64,000 nucleotides of DNA, from positions 44,144,001-44,208,000 of the forward strand of contig NC_043001.1 of the NCBI RefSeq assembly GCF_006345805.1, written 5' to 3'. Position numbers and translations under genes: made by a program. The stretch comes from Octopus sinensis. Taxonomy: Eukaryota. How positions within the stretch are numbered: position 1 is the stretch's first letter; the number at the start of each line of letters is the position of its first letter. This document shows positions 13,932 to 27,100 of this stretch, one piece after another. The notes below the pieces were generated by a model, which was given only the letters and a program-made list of their open reading frames with translations, did not search any database and was not told the origin of the DNA.

Positions 13932-14492
13932 TGCTAGAGGATGGAATTTAGCTAAACAAGAAGTAATAAATATTCTGTCCGCATAGCCACTGGGGTGGCT
14001 TCATCTTACAAGCTAAAACAATGCGAGAAAATAGGCCTTAATATCCTTCAGATCAATCGGACCACTTTATGGCGGCTGAGCGAAATCTGAGCAACCAGAG
14101 GTTGCTAAGAATCTCAGGTGTCAACTGGCCGTCAAGGAATCAGATAACAAACTGCGTCACATGTAACAGATCTTCGGCAGGGAGAACCAGAATGATCCAG
14201 CTAATGGAAGAGGAGAAAAAAATGAGATGTGCTGCGAAGCACGTCGAAGGAAATAAATAAATAAATGTGAGAGGGACAGATGTAAGTGTTGCGAACACAA
14301 TATATATAAACAATCATTTACAGTTATGTGCTTTGAAAGAAGCATCAGTGCTTATGCTCATTTATTACAGACCTATGCATGGATTTTTACATAAATAAGA
14401 CAATACGAATCTAAAATCGCCGAAAACCTCAAGCATTTCAGACAAACACAAGTGTTATGATTGTTTATGTTAATATGAGTAGTAACATACGG

Positions 14493-14603
14493 TAGCCAAT
14501 CAAGATGCTGAATTGTAGCCAATCAGCGGCGGCCTAACGGTGGGCGCGTGTCGTGTGAACGATTTCATACTGTATAAATACTGCGGAGGCACAAAATCAA
14601 TTT
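14493..14603 (+). promoter_or_regulatory. CBS core promoter: two TAGCCAATCA (NF-Y-type) boxes, GC-rich element, TATA box, possible Inr
   Basis: CCAAT at 14496-14500 and 14519-14523 with identical flanks; TGGGCGCGTG at 14541-14550; TATAAATA at 14573-14580; TCAATTT at 14597-14603; locally CpG-rich; followed by ATG and a donor site. Confidence 0.8.
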
Positions 14604-14615
14604 AAAACGTCTATT

Positions 14616-14641
14616 ATGGATACTACAAATACCGACACAAG
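14616..14641 (+). CDS. CBS: CBS exon 1 (MDTTNTDT+AG)
   Basis: ATG in ATTATGG context 36 nt after the end of a TATA box. Donor AG|GTAAAT is phase 2, matching the exon 2 acceptor. Support is positional only; the peptide is not conserved. Confidence 0.7.
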
Positions 14642-15634
14642 GTAAATAATTTCATCTACGTATTAACTAGAAATTCAGTAGTAGTTACTGTTTCCAAGCG
14701 TTCAATTTTAGTTTGTTTTATTTATTTAATCTTTCCAATGCTAAACCATCTTTATGTCTTTCAGAGGACAGAAACATCCCTTAGGAACGAAGAATGTCGG
14801 AAATTTTTCTATCTCTTTATTTTAACCTTTTCACCACTAGGGACATTTGGCTGGAAATATATTTTGTTTGTTCAAAATGGGTTGTGTAGATATAATAGGA
14901 AAATAAAATTCAGCTCACAGCAACTTGTGATGCTGAGAAGGGGAAATATGAATTATGGTAATGTCTTACAGACTTTGAGAAATTAATGATACTAAGTGTT
15001 AAATCGGTCATATACTTACGCCGCTTCCACTGCTTATATAATAAGAAATTATTATGTAACAAGAGATTATCATTTGTATACATTGTAAATAAAATGTGGT
15101 CCGAGAACCACCCCTGTACTCTATTTCTAGAAGTGTCTTCTTAAAACCTGGCCGATCGTACGTAGTACCGGCGATTTCATGAGTAAAACAGCGTATATTT
15201 TAAACAAAAGCTATTTTGCGGTAATATTTGAAGCGTTTAAAAGTAATAAATCATAAAACTGGTTCAAAAATCATTTACACATAATATTAAAGCCGAGTGA
15301 TTTTATTTACGATTGTGTGAGTATCTGTGAAGGGTTTGGATTTACACACGCACAAAGTCGTTCCATACGCTTAAGCAGCAGCGAAATCTTTCTCTGTCAG
15401 GTCTGAACTGCGACTCAAAAAACTAGTATATAAGTTAAACTATATTCCATAATACATGCTTGGATCACGGCTGATGCAGAGTTAAGCAACAATAAGTATA
15501 GATAAAAAGACGGATAGACATAGGTAGATTACATAAACAAATACGATAGATAGATAAAGAGAAGGGGTAGATAAAGAGAAGTGGGGTAAATAAATGTGTA
15601 GATTACATAGCTAGATAATAGATTACGTAGGTGA

Positions 15635-15685
<51 letters not shown>

Positions 15686-18600
15686 AGTGACAGATAGTGC
15701 ATGTGATATGTATATTAACCTTTTAAAAAGTACTTCATATTGAAAAACTACGTATTTTTTAAAATAAAATATTTTCCCGAAGTACCTTTGATCAGGTGTG
15801 ATGTATTAAAATAACGGCATACGTGTACAAACACGTCGACAGCCTCCGTTTCTAGCTAGTGACAAGGGACTTCATAATACTTTGCTTCTTCACATTTATT
15901 TATTTTTTCCTCACCTAGGTCGATTAGGTTACAGTAACCAAATACATTTGATAGATTATTGTCGCTGACAGTTATCGAGATAACATGTTTGTCTGGCACA
16001 GATAAAAAAACAACAAACAAAAACCTCAAATGAACCTGATGTCTTCAGTTTGAAAATTAAAATGGAAAGAATCAACATTTACTGGTTGTAGAAAATTAAC
16101 TAGCTTAGAAGTGAAGATGTGCACTTAGTGCTTAGGGCGTCCAGCTCATGATCGTTAGGGCGGGAGCTCAATTTCTGGTGGCGTGTCGTGTCCTTGAGCA
16201 AGGCACTTTATTTCATGTTGGTCCAGTCCACTCAGCCGGAAAAAAAAGGAGTGGTACATATAATTCAAAAGGACCAGTCTTGTCACATTCTGTGTCACGC
16301 TTGAAATTCCCTGAAAACTACGTTAAGGATACATGTGTCTGTGGAGTGCTCAGCCACTTGCATGTTAATTTCATAAGCAGGCTGCTCTGTTGATCGTACC
16401 AACTGGAACACTCGTCATCGTAACCGAGTGAGAGCCAGGTCAGAAGAAAATTAATATGTATATAATTTCGGGATTAATCCTGTCATTAATCAGATTTTAT
16501 TAAGTATCCCATTCATAGGATTTGAGCGTGGGTATTTCTTTAACACTTACCTCCAACCGCTAACTAAAAGAGACGTTCTTTGGAATTTTTGTTAACAAAG
16601 TATTTCTGTCCATTACTTTAAAAAGGTCCAGTTTTTTTTTTTTTTCATTCATAAAAGCACAAATATTTTTTTAAATAGAAAGCAATGTTAAATTCCCTAA
16701 TCTTAACCAATTTCTGATTCCAAAATTTGTTTTATTTTCTTTCATTCAGTCGGTTGTTTTATTTTGTTAGATAGATAGATAGATCCCCACCACCTCCGAT
16801 TTACAATTTACACATATTTATACAGGTGGAGTTGTTTTTTTTTTTTTTTTTCATTGTGGGTGCTGACTAGCGCGTGTGCGTATGGTGCACGTGTCGGGTT
16901 CACTCTTCTTAAGAAGTACCCGATTGCCTTCACAGTGTTTACCATTTCACAAAATCAAACTAGAAAACTGTACAAAACAGAGGACGAGACCTGCCTAGTG
17001 GAGCGACTATGTGACAATAGATCAATCTCTGACCTTTCATTCTCCACCAACTTCGGTACGCTCGAGAGAAGCTAACCTCTCTCCACCGCGGGTTCCGAAT
17101 GGAATTAAACCTACCAACCCCACCACTCCTACAACTTTCAACCCTCTCCCCACCACCCGACCTCCGTTCTAGTCCCACCTTCGGAATCAATGCTGCACTC
17201 CCTCGATTGAGTTCCAATGCTAGCCCTCTACTGTCGGTTGATGCTAGCTCGCCCCTCACTGTGCTGTCTGTGCTCGCACTAGCCGTTATTTAAAGACAAT
17301 TAATTTTCACCTGTGCCACCAATATTACCACACGAGTTGTGTCCGCATTACCAAGACTCAAGCCGAAAGTCTTCCATACTGGACCTGCACTCCGTGGACA
17401 CGCCTCACACCCCGACAACCAGCTCTCTACTGAGGACTTTGTTGCAGCTCTCCAGGGTTTATCTAAATCGAAGCTCGTTAACCGGATCCCTAAGGGAGCT
17501 CGGAATAGCTTTGCTCGCGCGCTCTCCAGCTTGTTGAAAAACGTATGTTTATCCCTCTCCACGTGCACGAAGTGAAATCAGGCTCCCTTACAATCTCTCT
17601 CAAGCGACAGTTCCAGCTATTTGAGTCCACCCCAATCACTTCTCACCTCAATTTGACATCGAGCATGGTGCCTACCGACAAGCAACCGATAAACCTTAAG
17701 CGTGCAGTCAATACTTATATCAGCGAATTCGACATAAAAGGGGCTGTCCGTCTGAAAGAGAAACACCCATCGACACCTAATAATCAACTAAACTGGCTCG
17801 ATCCCCCAGAATACTTGAGACCGGTCTTCACCTCTGATAGCATCAGAAAGGCGATTTCATCCTTCCCTGCTGGGTCAGGTCCGGGAATTGATGGCTTTCA
17901 GCCTCAACACCCTAAAGATGGTATCTCCTTATCGGCCGGTGACGCCGGACTTGAGCTCTTGGAGAATTTGACTCAGTTTGTGAACCAGTTCTCTTCAGCA
18001 AACGTCGTCCCTTATATCCGCCCACTATTCTTCGGTGCAAAATTATTTGGGTTCACCAAACCCAATGGAGACTTGCACCCCCTTGCAGTCTGCTGCATCC
18101 TTCGCCGTCTCACTACAAAGGTGTGCTTACAATCGTTCTCTAGCTTATTGGAAGAGGAATTTTCTCCCACCCAGCTAAGAGTGGGCACCAAATTGTGATG
18201 TGAAGCTATCAGAGCCTATGTCAACTTGCCCGTCTTGTCACCCAAGGTCATCCTCAAACTTGACCTTAAGAATGCCTTCGACTCCATCAGCCGCGATGCT
18301 GTCCTCAGTTCAGTAATCGAGAAGTTCCTACAACTCTACCGCCTTGCATGGCAGGCTTATCGGGAGCTTTCCTATCTCTCTTTCGGTGACTAGATCATTG
18401 TCTCCGACTCGGGAGTCCAACAGGGCAACCCACTTGGGCCTGCTCTGTTCGCACTGGGCATTGATAACACCACCAAGATGGACGTTGAGCTAGACCTCAA
18501 TGTCTGGTATCTCGAGGATGCTTGTTTGGGTGGGGGGACCTCCGGACAGGGTTCTCGCCATTGCTAATATGATGGTTGGGGCGCTTGATTGCCGAGGCCT

Positions 18601-20261
18601 CCAAGTAAGCAGCTCCAAATGTGAGCTCTGGATCCTCAACCACCCGGCTTTTCAACATCAACCAACTATTGACCTTTTTGCAGAGTCCTCCCCTTCCGTT
18701 GCAGTCTCTCCCCCATCGGCTTGGTACTCTTTAGGTGCCCCAATCACTGACCTTGCCTTTGAGTCTATTTTCCAGTCGAAGGTGGCTGCCATTAAACAAT
18801 TGTTGAAAAATATTGAACCTATCGAACCTCATCAAGGTTTTTTCATACTTAGGAATTACTTCTCGATCCCCAAGCTTCTATATTTATTCATAGTCAGCTC
18901 ATCTCACCGATCCCCATCGTGCCTCCAATGCTTCGACAACCTAATCTTTGAGAGACTCGAATGCATAGTCAATGTCAGACTCTCTCCAACATCCCGCGAT
19001 CAGGCTGCATTGCCCAAGCGATTTGGCGGTCTCCCCCCCTCTCTCTCCTGCTTCCTTTCGTCCACCCACGCCTGCATCACCCTGATGAGTAACATCCTCT
19101 CCTCTCCAACATGGACCAGTTCCAACTGGGAGTTGGATGAAACTCTCCAACACTGGAGGAAATTGGGCTTGTCTGTTCCTGAGAAGGTGGAGGACTGTCG
19201 GAGTTAGAGAGCTTGGGACAACATAATTTTGAAGGCCACCTTCAACTCCCTCTTCATCCAGTCGGACCAACTTTCAAGGTGCCGCTTACTGTTTCCGAGC
19301 GCCAAATATTCAGGTGACTGGATTGATGCTATCCTGTGGCTAATGTTGGTGGCCTACTCAACTTGGACAACCTTCGTGTCTCCATTGCCCTCAGAGTGGA
19401 AGCTGATATATGCACGGGTTTGATCTGTCGTTGTGACAGGCTCTTCGACTCCTCAGGCCTCCATGGCCTTTCTTACCGCCTGAATGCTGGTTGCTTCGAG
19501 CGTCATACGGAGTTGAACCTGATACTAGAGCGGAGATTGGCCCGGGCAAACATCCCCTCCATCTTGGAACCATCTGAATTGTCCAGATGTGATGGAAGGA
19601 GACCTGACAGCCTCACCCTGTACCCCTGGTCGCAAAGTAGATGCCTCGTCTGGGACTCAACAGTTAGCGACTCCTTTGCTTCTTCGCACATCCTGGATGC
19701 TGCGGTCAGGGCGAGATCCACAGCTTCTGCGGCCGAGCGGAACAAAATCCTGAAATACCGCAGTCTTTCGGCCAACTACATTTTCCATCCTGTGGCGTTC
19801 AAGATATTTGGTGGGGTCGGACCACTCACTGCGAGATTCCTATCTTCACTGGTAACTTGCCTTGCAGAAGTAACTGGTGAGGATCGTGAGGGCGCTTGGC
19901 TGTTCCAGCGTATCAGCCTCGCCATCATCCATAGCAACACTGCAAGCGTGCTGGCGTGTCTCAATAGCCATTAGTAAAGTTTCCCAGCGCCCCCAACTTT
20001 GCAACTCAAGGTGGTGAATTGTTTTGTTTTATTTTTTTCTCTTTACTCTTTTACTTGTTTCAGTCACTTGACTGTGGCCATGCTGGAGCACCGCCTTTAG
20101 TCGAGCAAATCGACCCCGGGACTTATTCTTTGTAAGCCCAGTACTTATTCTATCGGTCTCTTTTGCCGAACCGCTAAGTGACGGGGACGTAAGCACACCA
20201 GCATCGGTTGTCAAGCAATGGTAGGGGGACAAACACAGACACACAAACATATACACACATA

Positions 20262-20303
<42 letters not shown>

Positions 20304-21044
20304 TACGACAGGCTTCTTTCAGTTTCCGTCTACCAAATCCACTCACAAGGCATTGGTCGGCCCGGGGCTATAGCAGAAGATACTTGCCCAAGATGCCACG
20401 CAGTGGGACTGAACCCGGAACCATGTGGTTGGTTAGCAAGCTACTTACCACACAGCCACTCCTGCGCCTCTTTGTTCATTCTCTTTTTCTTCTTTTCTTC
20501 CGTTTTTCTTTTTAATTTTTTCACTTGCGTTCTTTGTTTTGTCCAGTTTTCTAGTTTGATTTTGTAAAACGGTAAACACTGTGAAGGCAATTGGGTACTA
20601 CTTAAAAAGAATGGACCCGACGCGCTAGTAAGTAGACTTGTCGGCGCCCGTGATAACACAAAAAAAAAAAAAACTCTCTACATATATAAATATATGTAAA
20701 CTGTAAATCGGAGGTGATGGTGGTGGGAATTTGTCTGTCTGTCTGTCTGTACGTACGTACAAACAAACAAACAACAATAATGAATGAAAATAAAACAAAT
20801 TTTGAAATTGAAATAAAATGTTACTCAAAAGTAGTCATACAGAAAAGTGAGAATAAAACAAATTTCTGATTTTAAAGTGTAAATTCTGAACATTATTTAC
20901 ATTTGAGGGATATTTGTCCTCATCTTGTTAACACAACGTTTCGGCTGAAAACCTTCCAGCCTTCATCAGGTGTCTTGGGGGAATTTCGAACCTGGGTTCT
21001 CATTCGTAAGGTATTTTTCGATGTTGTTGTTGTTGTTGTTGTTG

Positions 21045-21143
<99 letters not shown>

Positions 21144-24100
21144 CAGGTCACTGCCTGGAATCGAACTCGAAATTTTGGGGCTGGTAGCGGGCTACTAACC
21201 CCAAAATTCTCAGTTCGATTCTAGGCAGTGACCTGAATAGTAATGGTAATGATAACAACAACAACATCGAAAATACCTTACGAATGAGAACCCGGGTTCG
21301 AAATTTCCCCAAGACACCTGATGAAGACGGGAGGGTATATCAGCTGAAATGATGAGGACAAACATCCATCAAATGTAAATAATGTACATAATTCCTCATC
21401 TCTTAAATATATAACTGTAAATTCTGAATCTGTTTTTCAAAGCATAAAAATCCAAAGTAAGGTTTAAAAGATTAAACTTAAACAGATAAGGGTTTAACTG
21501 GTATTGGGGGGGGGGGGTTTAAACAGTTGCATAATTTTCTTCTCTGGATAAGGCTGTGTGGTAAGAAGTTTGCTTCTCAGCCTCATAGCTTTTGGTTCAG
21601 TCCCACTATGTGGCACCTTGGAGAAGTGTTTTCTACTACAACCTGGGTTTGGCAAAGCTTTTTATGTGGATTTGGTAGGTTAGTAATGCGGGGGGGGGGG
21701 AGAAAAAATGTGTGTGTGTGTTCCACCTCTTAACAACCTATTTCTTTATTACCCACAAGGGGCTAAACACAGAGGGGACAAACAAGGACAGACATAGGTA
21801 TTAAGTCGATTACATCGACCCCAGTGCGTAACTGGTACTTAATTTATCGACCCCGAAAGGATGAAAGGCAAAGTCGACCTCGGCGGAATTTGAACTCACA
21901 ACGTAACACAGACGAAATACCGCTAAGCATTACGCCTGGCGTGCTAACATTTCTGCCAGCTCGCCACCTCTTAACAACCAGTATTGGTGTATTTACAGCT
22001 CTGTACATGAGTGGTTCAACCAAAGAGACAATAAAACAAATATCAAGACTTAAAAATCACTGGGATTGATTTGTTTAAACTGAAACCTTTAAAAAAAGCG
22101 TGCCAGTATGGTTGCAAACCATAGAAGAAAATACCTGATGAACAGATGGTCTCATACCAGAACTAGTTGAAAATAATTGTTGCTGCTTCTAATCACACTG
22201 TGATTGACTGTGACTAGAAGGAAATATTATGCACACTTCTTGTACTAGATCAGCTATTTATCATTAACCTTTATGTCATGATGGAAATTATTCAAATCAT
22301 TTTTACAGATTCAATCTGTGAGAATTCTCACATTTTTGGAGAGACATTGTATTGGACACCATTAAGCATATGTGACTAAACTGTTTAACGCAGTTATAGT
22401 CAGTAAAGTAAATAAACAGTTTTATACTAGACTTGTCCTATATTTATGACATGTTTTACAACTTTTGATCTTTAATATAGCTGTCCATCAACCATACTCA
22501 TGCTTTTGCAGTCAGCCTTTGAAAACTTGCTTTGCTAGTCATGAGAATCTGAACCAATCATATATATTGCATTTATCTAATGTTATTGTTTAGCCCAAGG
22601 TCATGCCAGATCAATCAGACATATGAAGAAAAGTATTGTAGCTGATATGCTCCCATGATTTATTTATACATCGTATAAGAGAACATTATCCAGTACATTC
22701 TTCTTTAAGTAACTGGGTGTGATTTTAGAAAGACTTAACTGCAGCTTTTTGCACAGTCATGGGCAAACTACGGCCATTAATTATAATTATTACATGTCGA
22801 ACTAACCACCCTTATTAATGCCTTTTGCATTGTAGGTACCTCCCTTGTTTTTTTTTAAACATGGACTTGAATATAAATTAGCCCTGCAGCCTGCTTGATG
22901 ATGAACCATGTCTTATGCAGCCCTCTTCTTGTAAAAGGTTGCCCTTGCCCATTCTAGCAGGTTGAATGACAACATACAGGGTTCATCATTGACTGTTGGC
23001 TTGTCTTAAATTATAAATAAACTACAAGTATCATTATTTCCTTTTTTCCGAGTTGGCAAGGGTTATATGGGTCTTTATGGTCGAAGTCAGGTTCTATTTG
23101 GAATTATTTCTCTTGATGAGTCACAGACCTCATATGTTTCATTTTTTGCATGATTGCTGTGGATGGATGCCCTTCTAACAACAACTATTTTACAAAGTTC
23201 ATTGGGTTCACTTTATCATAGCACCAAAACTAGAGAGATTTTTAGTCCCTACAAGACTGAAGTGGCATTGCTATTTTACTTTGTATGTGTTGTTTCAAAG
23301 TAATATGTCTGACAGGGTGGCAGAAGAGGGAATAAGAGAATCAGAGGAAGAGGATAATAGAAAAAAAGTAAAAGGAAAGAACTACAATGATAAAAGCAAG
23401 GGAGTGTCATAGAAGAGAAAGTCAGAGGGAAGAATCGGAGCAATAGGAGTGAGAGGATGACGAAGGAGAAGATAATAGAAGAGTGAATCGGGATAAACAG
23501 CTATGTGCTGGTTGTTGGTGAGAAGATTTTATAAGAAGACTAGCAGTATCGCCCGGCGTTGCTCGGGTTTGTAAGGGAAATAACTATAAAGCATTTTTAG
23601 AGAGTTATAGCCAAAAAATAGCAAAAAAATGGAAAAAAAATGATGGTAAATTTTTTCTGAGAGTAAAAAAGGTCGAGTTGCGTCCCCTAGACAGTCTGTG
23701 GTTTGTGTTTCTGATTCTCGACCCCATGTCGAATTTATCGATTTTTTTCAGAACTGGGGGAACTTTTCAAAATTTTCGCTGCGTTAGTTTTGAATTATGA
23801 CATTGGGCTATGTGTGTGTCAAGTTTCATCAGAATCGGTTGAAAGCCGTGGTCAGGGTGAGGGTACAACCTAACAGACACACAGACACACACAGACAAAC
23901 TGCCGTTTATATAGAGAGAGATATATATGGTAAGAGTGAGATAGGTTGATGAAAAAGAGAGTGATGGATGTCATTAATGAATGATGAAAGAGGTAGTAAT
24001 GGGGAAGTGAGTGAGAGAAGGATGCTGGGTGGAAGAGAAATAAAGAAATGAGACAATAGGGGGATCTGGATACAGACAGATCCAATCTTGTCCCTTGTTA

Positions 24101-27100
24101 CACAAGTGGTGTGATGGAAGAGAGGTAACAACAAGGGGACATAGAGATAGGAAAGAGGATCAAACAAAATTGAAACTGTGAGAATGATTGATGGAGATTT
24201 AATATGAATGTAATGGTTGGGGGAGACCCAAGTGTAAATATTATATATTCCTGTTTCTACCTCCATTTTACCATGCTTGAATGTGTTGGATAGGTTTTTC
24301 TCTATCACAAGGCTTCACCACATGTTGTGGTTGGTCTTTTGTCATATCCTTCATTATTTCCAGCCTTCCTCATTTCATCCCACTTGTCCCTTCTATAGGT
24401 TTCATACATTTGGAGTCCACAACACTTCTTTATACAACTGATATTCTCTAATATTCTCTATATTCATAACAAACCCATGTTATGAATAGCCTCTCTCTTT
24501 CACACTACATAGCCTCTCTCTTTCACACTACACCTGATTCTTATATTCAGCTTTTCTCTCAGCTCATTTGTGCTTTGTCATTCATGCACACTAATATTAC
24601 ATAGCCAGTGGTTTATGCATATCTCATTTCCTTCAAGTCATCGCAAATTTTCTGCATCCTAACCATTATACTTCAACTTTGAGTATCATACAACCTGCAC
24701 TAATAGCTCTTTGAACTTTCCCCACCACCACCACCACCACATTCTTACTGCAGTAACTATACCTTCAAAATGTCAACCTCAATTAATCAGCTACCCAGGT
24801 AATAAACGCTATTAACTACTTTTAGGATGCTTTCATGACAGTTGAAAGAATCTATTTCATGTGTTCTTTCCTTTTATTAATTTAAAATTGTTTAAATTTC
24901 AGAAATATGGTGAATGATAGCCATAGTAAACTGCACAAAAACGAGGAGCGATTTTCCCCATTTCGACAATGGAGACGTCCTGACCTACCAAGTCGTTGCA
25001 CTTACCACGCAAGTTCAAAAAAAGTGGAAGATTCACCACATTTGCATAAATCTGTGTAGGTATATTTATAACGTGCTTATCTTTGTTGTGTTTTTCTTTG
25101 TTACTTTTTAACCACTCTGTGGAACCTTAGGCAAGTGTCTTCTATGATGACCTCACATTGACTAATACCTTGAGTAAAATTTGGCTGAGAGATACTGTGT
25201 GTGTGTGTTTAAATATGATTGTTTTGTATTTGATAGCATAAAAGACAGTGACATATTAGATGCACCCCAATTTTAGCAGCGCACATTCTGGATAATGTTT
25301 TTAGTGTTTTAAACCATGTAATATATGCCCAACTTTGCATATAGGACTTGACCCAGGGTGATCTTTTTTTTTTCTTTTTGAGACATTCTTTTAGAATGTT
25401 ATATGCCATCAAATACAGTAACATTTTTACAGAAGATAAAAACAAAGTAAATAATTGATAAATGATTGATAATGGTGTCTTACTACATTTAAGCCACTGC
25501 TTCATTAAGGTGTGATTATGATCAGAGACATGCACCTACATCTGAATGCAAATATCTAAAATTGAAAAATCCATTCCATAATTTCAGTCACTTAACTACT
25601 AGCATATAGCACTATTCCTCTACTGTCTAACGTAATCAAATATCACACTTTATACTTAGTTTATGATGATAATTAACCCCCAAAATAAGAATAATTATAA
25701 AAAATCAAGGGATAAAATTATTTTGCAGTTTTAGATTATTACTTGCAAAATGTTTTATAATATCAATTATTAAATTTTAACCATCTGTTACATCTGTTTT
25801 TAGAGACTAACATGTGTTACGTGAATATATGTTATTGAGGTTGGCAGGAAATGTCAACAAATGTTACAAGTGTAGCTCAATGTGTCTTCATACAAATCGC
25901 AGAATATAAACATTCGCATTGATACATATATGCACTCACACACACACATGCATGTGCACATGCACACACACATTGAGTTTCCAGACTGTATCTGTTTTCA
26001 AAGTTCATTTGTGAGGTGGTGGTTGGCTGGCCAAAAGCTACATAGAAGACGCCTGCTTAACATACTGTGTAGTGGGACTGAACTTAAAACCACATGGTTG
26101 AGAAACGAACTTCTTAACTACACTGCCAATTTATAACATATATGTTTTACAATATTGGATACTGGAGTGGATTGTGGAGCCTACTACTGAGCCCAACTTT
26201 GCTTTGCTTCACCCTTTTTTTTTGTGTGTGTGTGTGTGTGTGTGTGTACCTTAATAACTAAGAAGGCAGGCAAATCACAAATTACTTCAGGTAGATGGCC
26301 CTGCTCAATTTGTAGAAAAGGTGTAGGTAGAAACTCCATGAGGTGCACCCAGTGTAAGCTTTGGACAGACAAAAGGTGCAGCAACATCAGAGGAAGGTTA
26401 ACAAGGAAACTAAATTTTGTATGTGGAAGATGCACATAAACACTGAAAATGCACAGAAAATAGACTCCATCAATTTCCAGGGAGACAAGATAGAGGTAGT
26501 AGATAGCTTCTGTTATTTAGGTGACCAAGTTAGTTGTGGAGGTGGATGCTCCGAGAGCATAGCTGTGAGAATAAGATTAGGCTGGGCAAATTTCAGAGGG
26601 TTCCTATACTTGATGGCAACATAGGGCCTCTCTCTTAGAGTAAAAGGCAGATTTTTTGATGCCTATGTCAGAACACTATGCTGCATGGCAGGGAAACAGC
26701 CAAGGAATTGCATAGGCTTGACAGAACTGTACCCAGTATGCTTCGCTGGATGTGCAGTGTCAGTGTGCATGTTCAACAGAGTGTAAGCATTTTCAGAGAA
26801 AAGTTAGGCATAAGAGCATCAGATGTGGTGTGCAAGAGAGACAAGTGTGCTGGTATGGTCATGTGATGAATATGGACAAGGACAGCTGTGTAAAGAGTGC
26901 TGATCTCTAACTGTGGAGGGAACCTGTGGCAGAGGTAGACCCAGGAAGACATGGGATGAAGTGGTGAAGCATGATCTTTGAACTTTGAGCCTTACAAAGG
27001 CAATGACTGGTGACCAAGACCTTTGGCAATGCACTATGCATGAGACAACCCATCAAGCCAAGTGTACCTGTGCTGGTGGCACATAAAGAACATCTTTTTG

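Larger units (their letters stand above)
20890..21385. repeat. ~495-bp foldback with (GTT)n in the left arm and a hammerhead motif in each arm
   Basis: Centre GTAGC-GG-GCTAC at 21184-21195; arms reverse-complementary out to ACATTATTTACATTTGA / TCAAATGTAAATAATGT. Confidence 0.92.

Noticed and set aside
14040-14345. Cys-rich piggyBac-like C-terminal remnant just upstream of the promoter
   Set aside because: Only a weak Cys pattern across broken frames and no TIR/TTAA found; insufficient support.
20903-21224. Poly-Cys and poly-Val ORFs
   Set aside because: Translations of the (GTT)n microsatellite.
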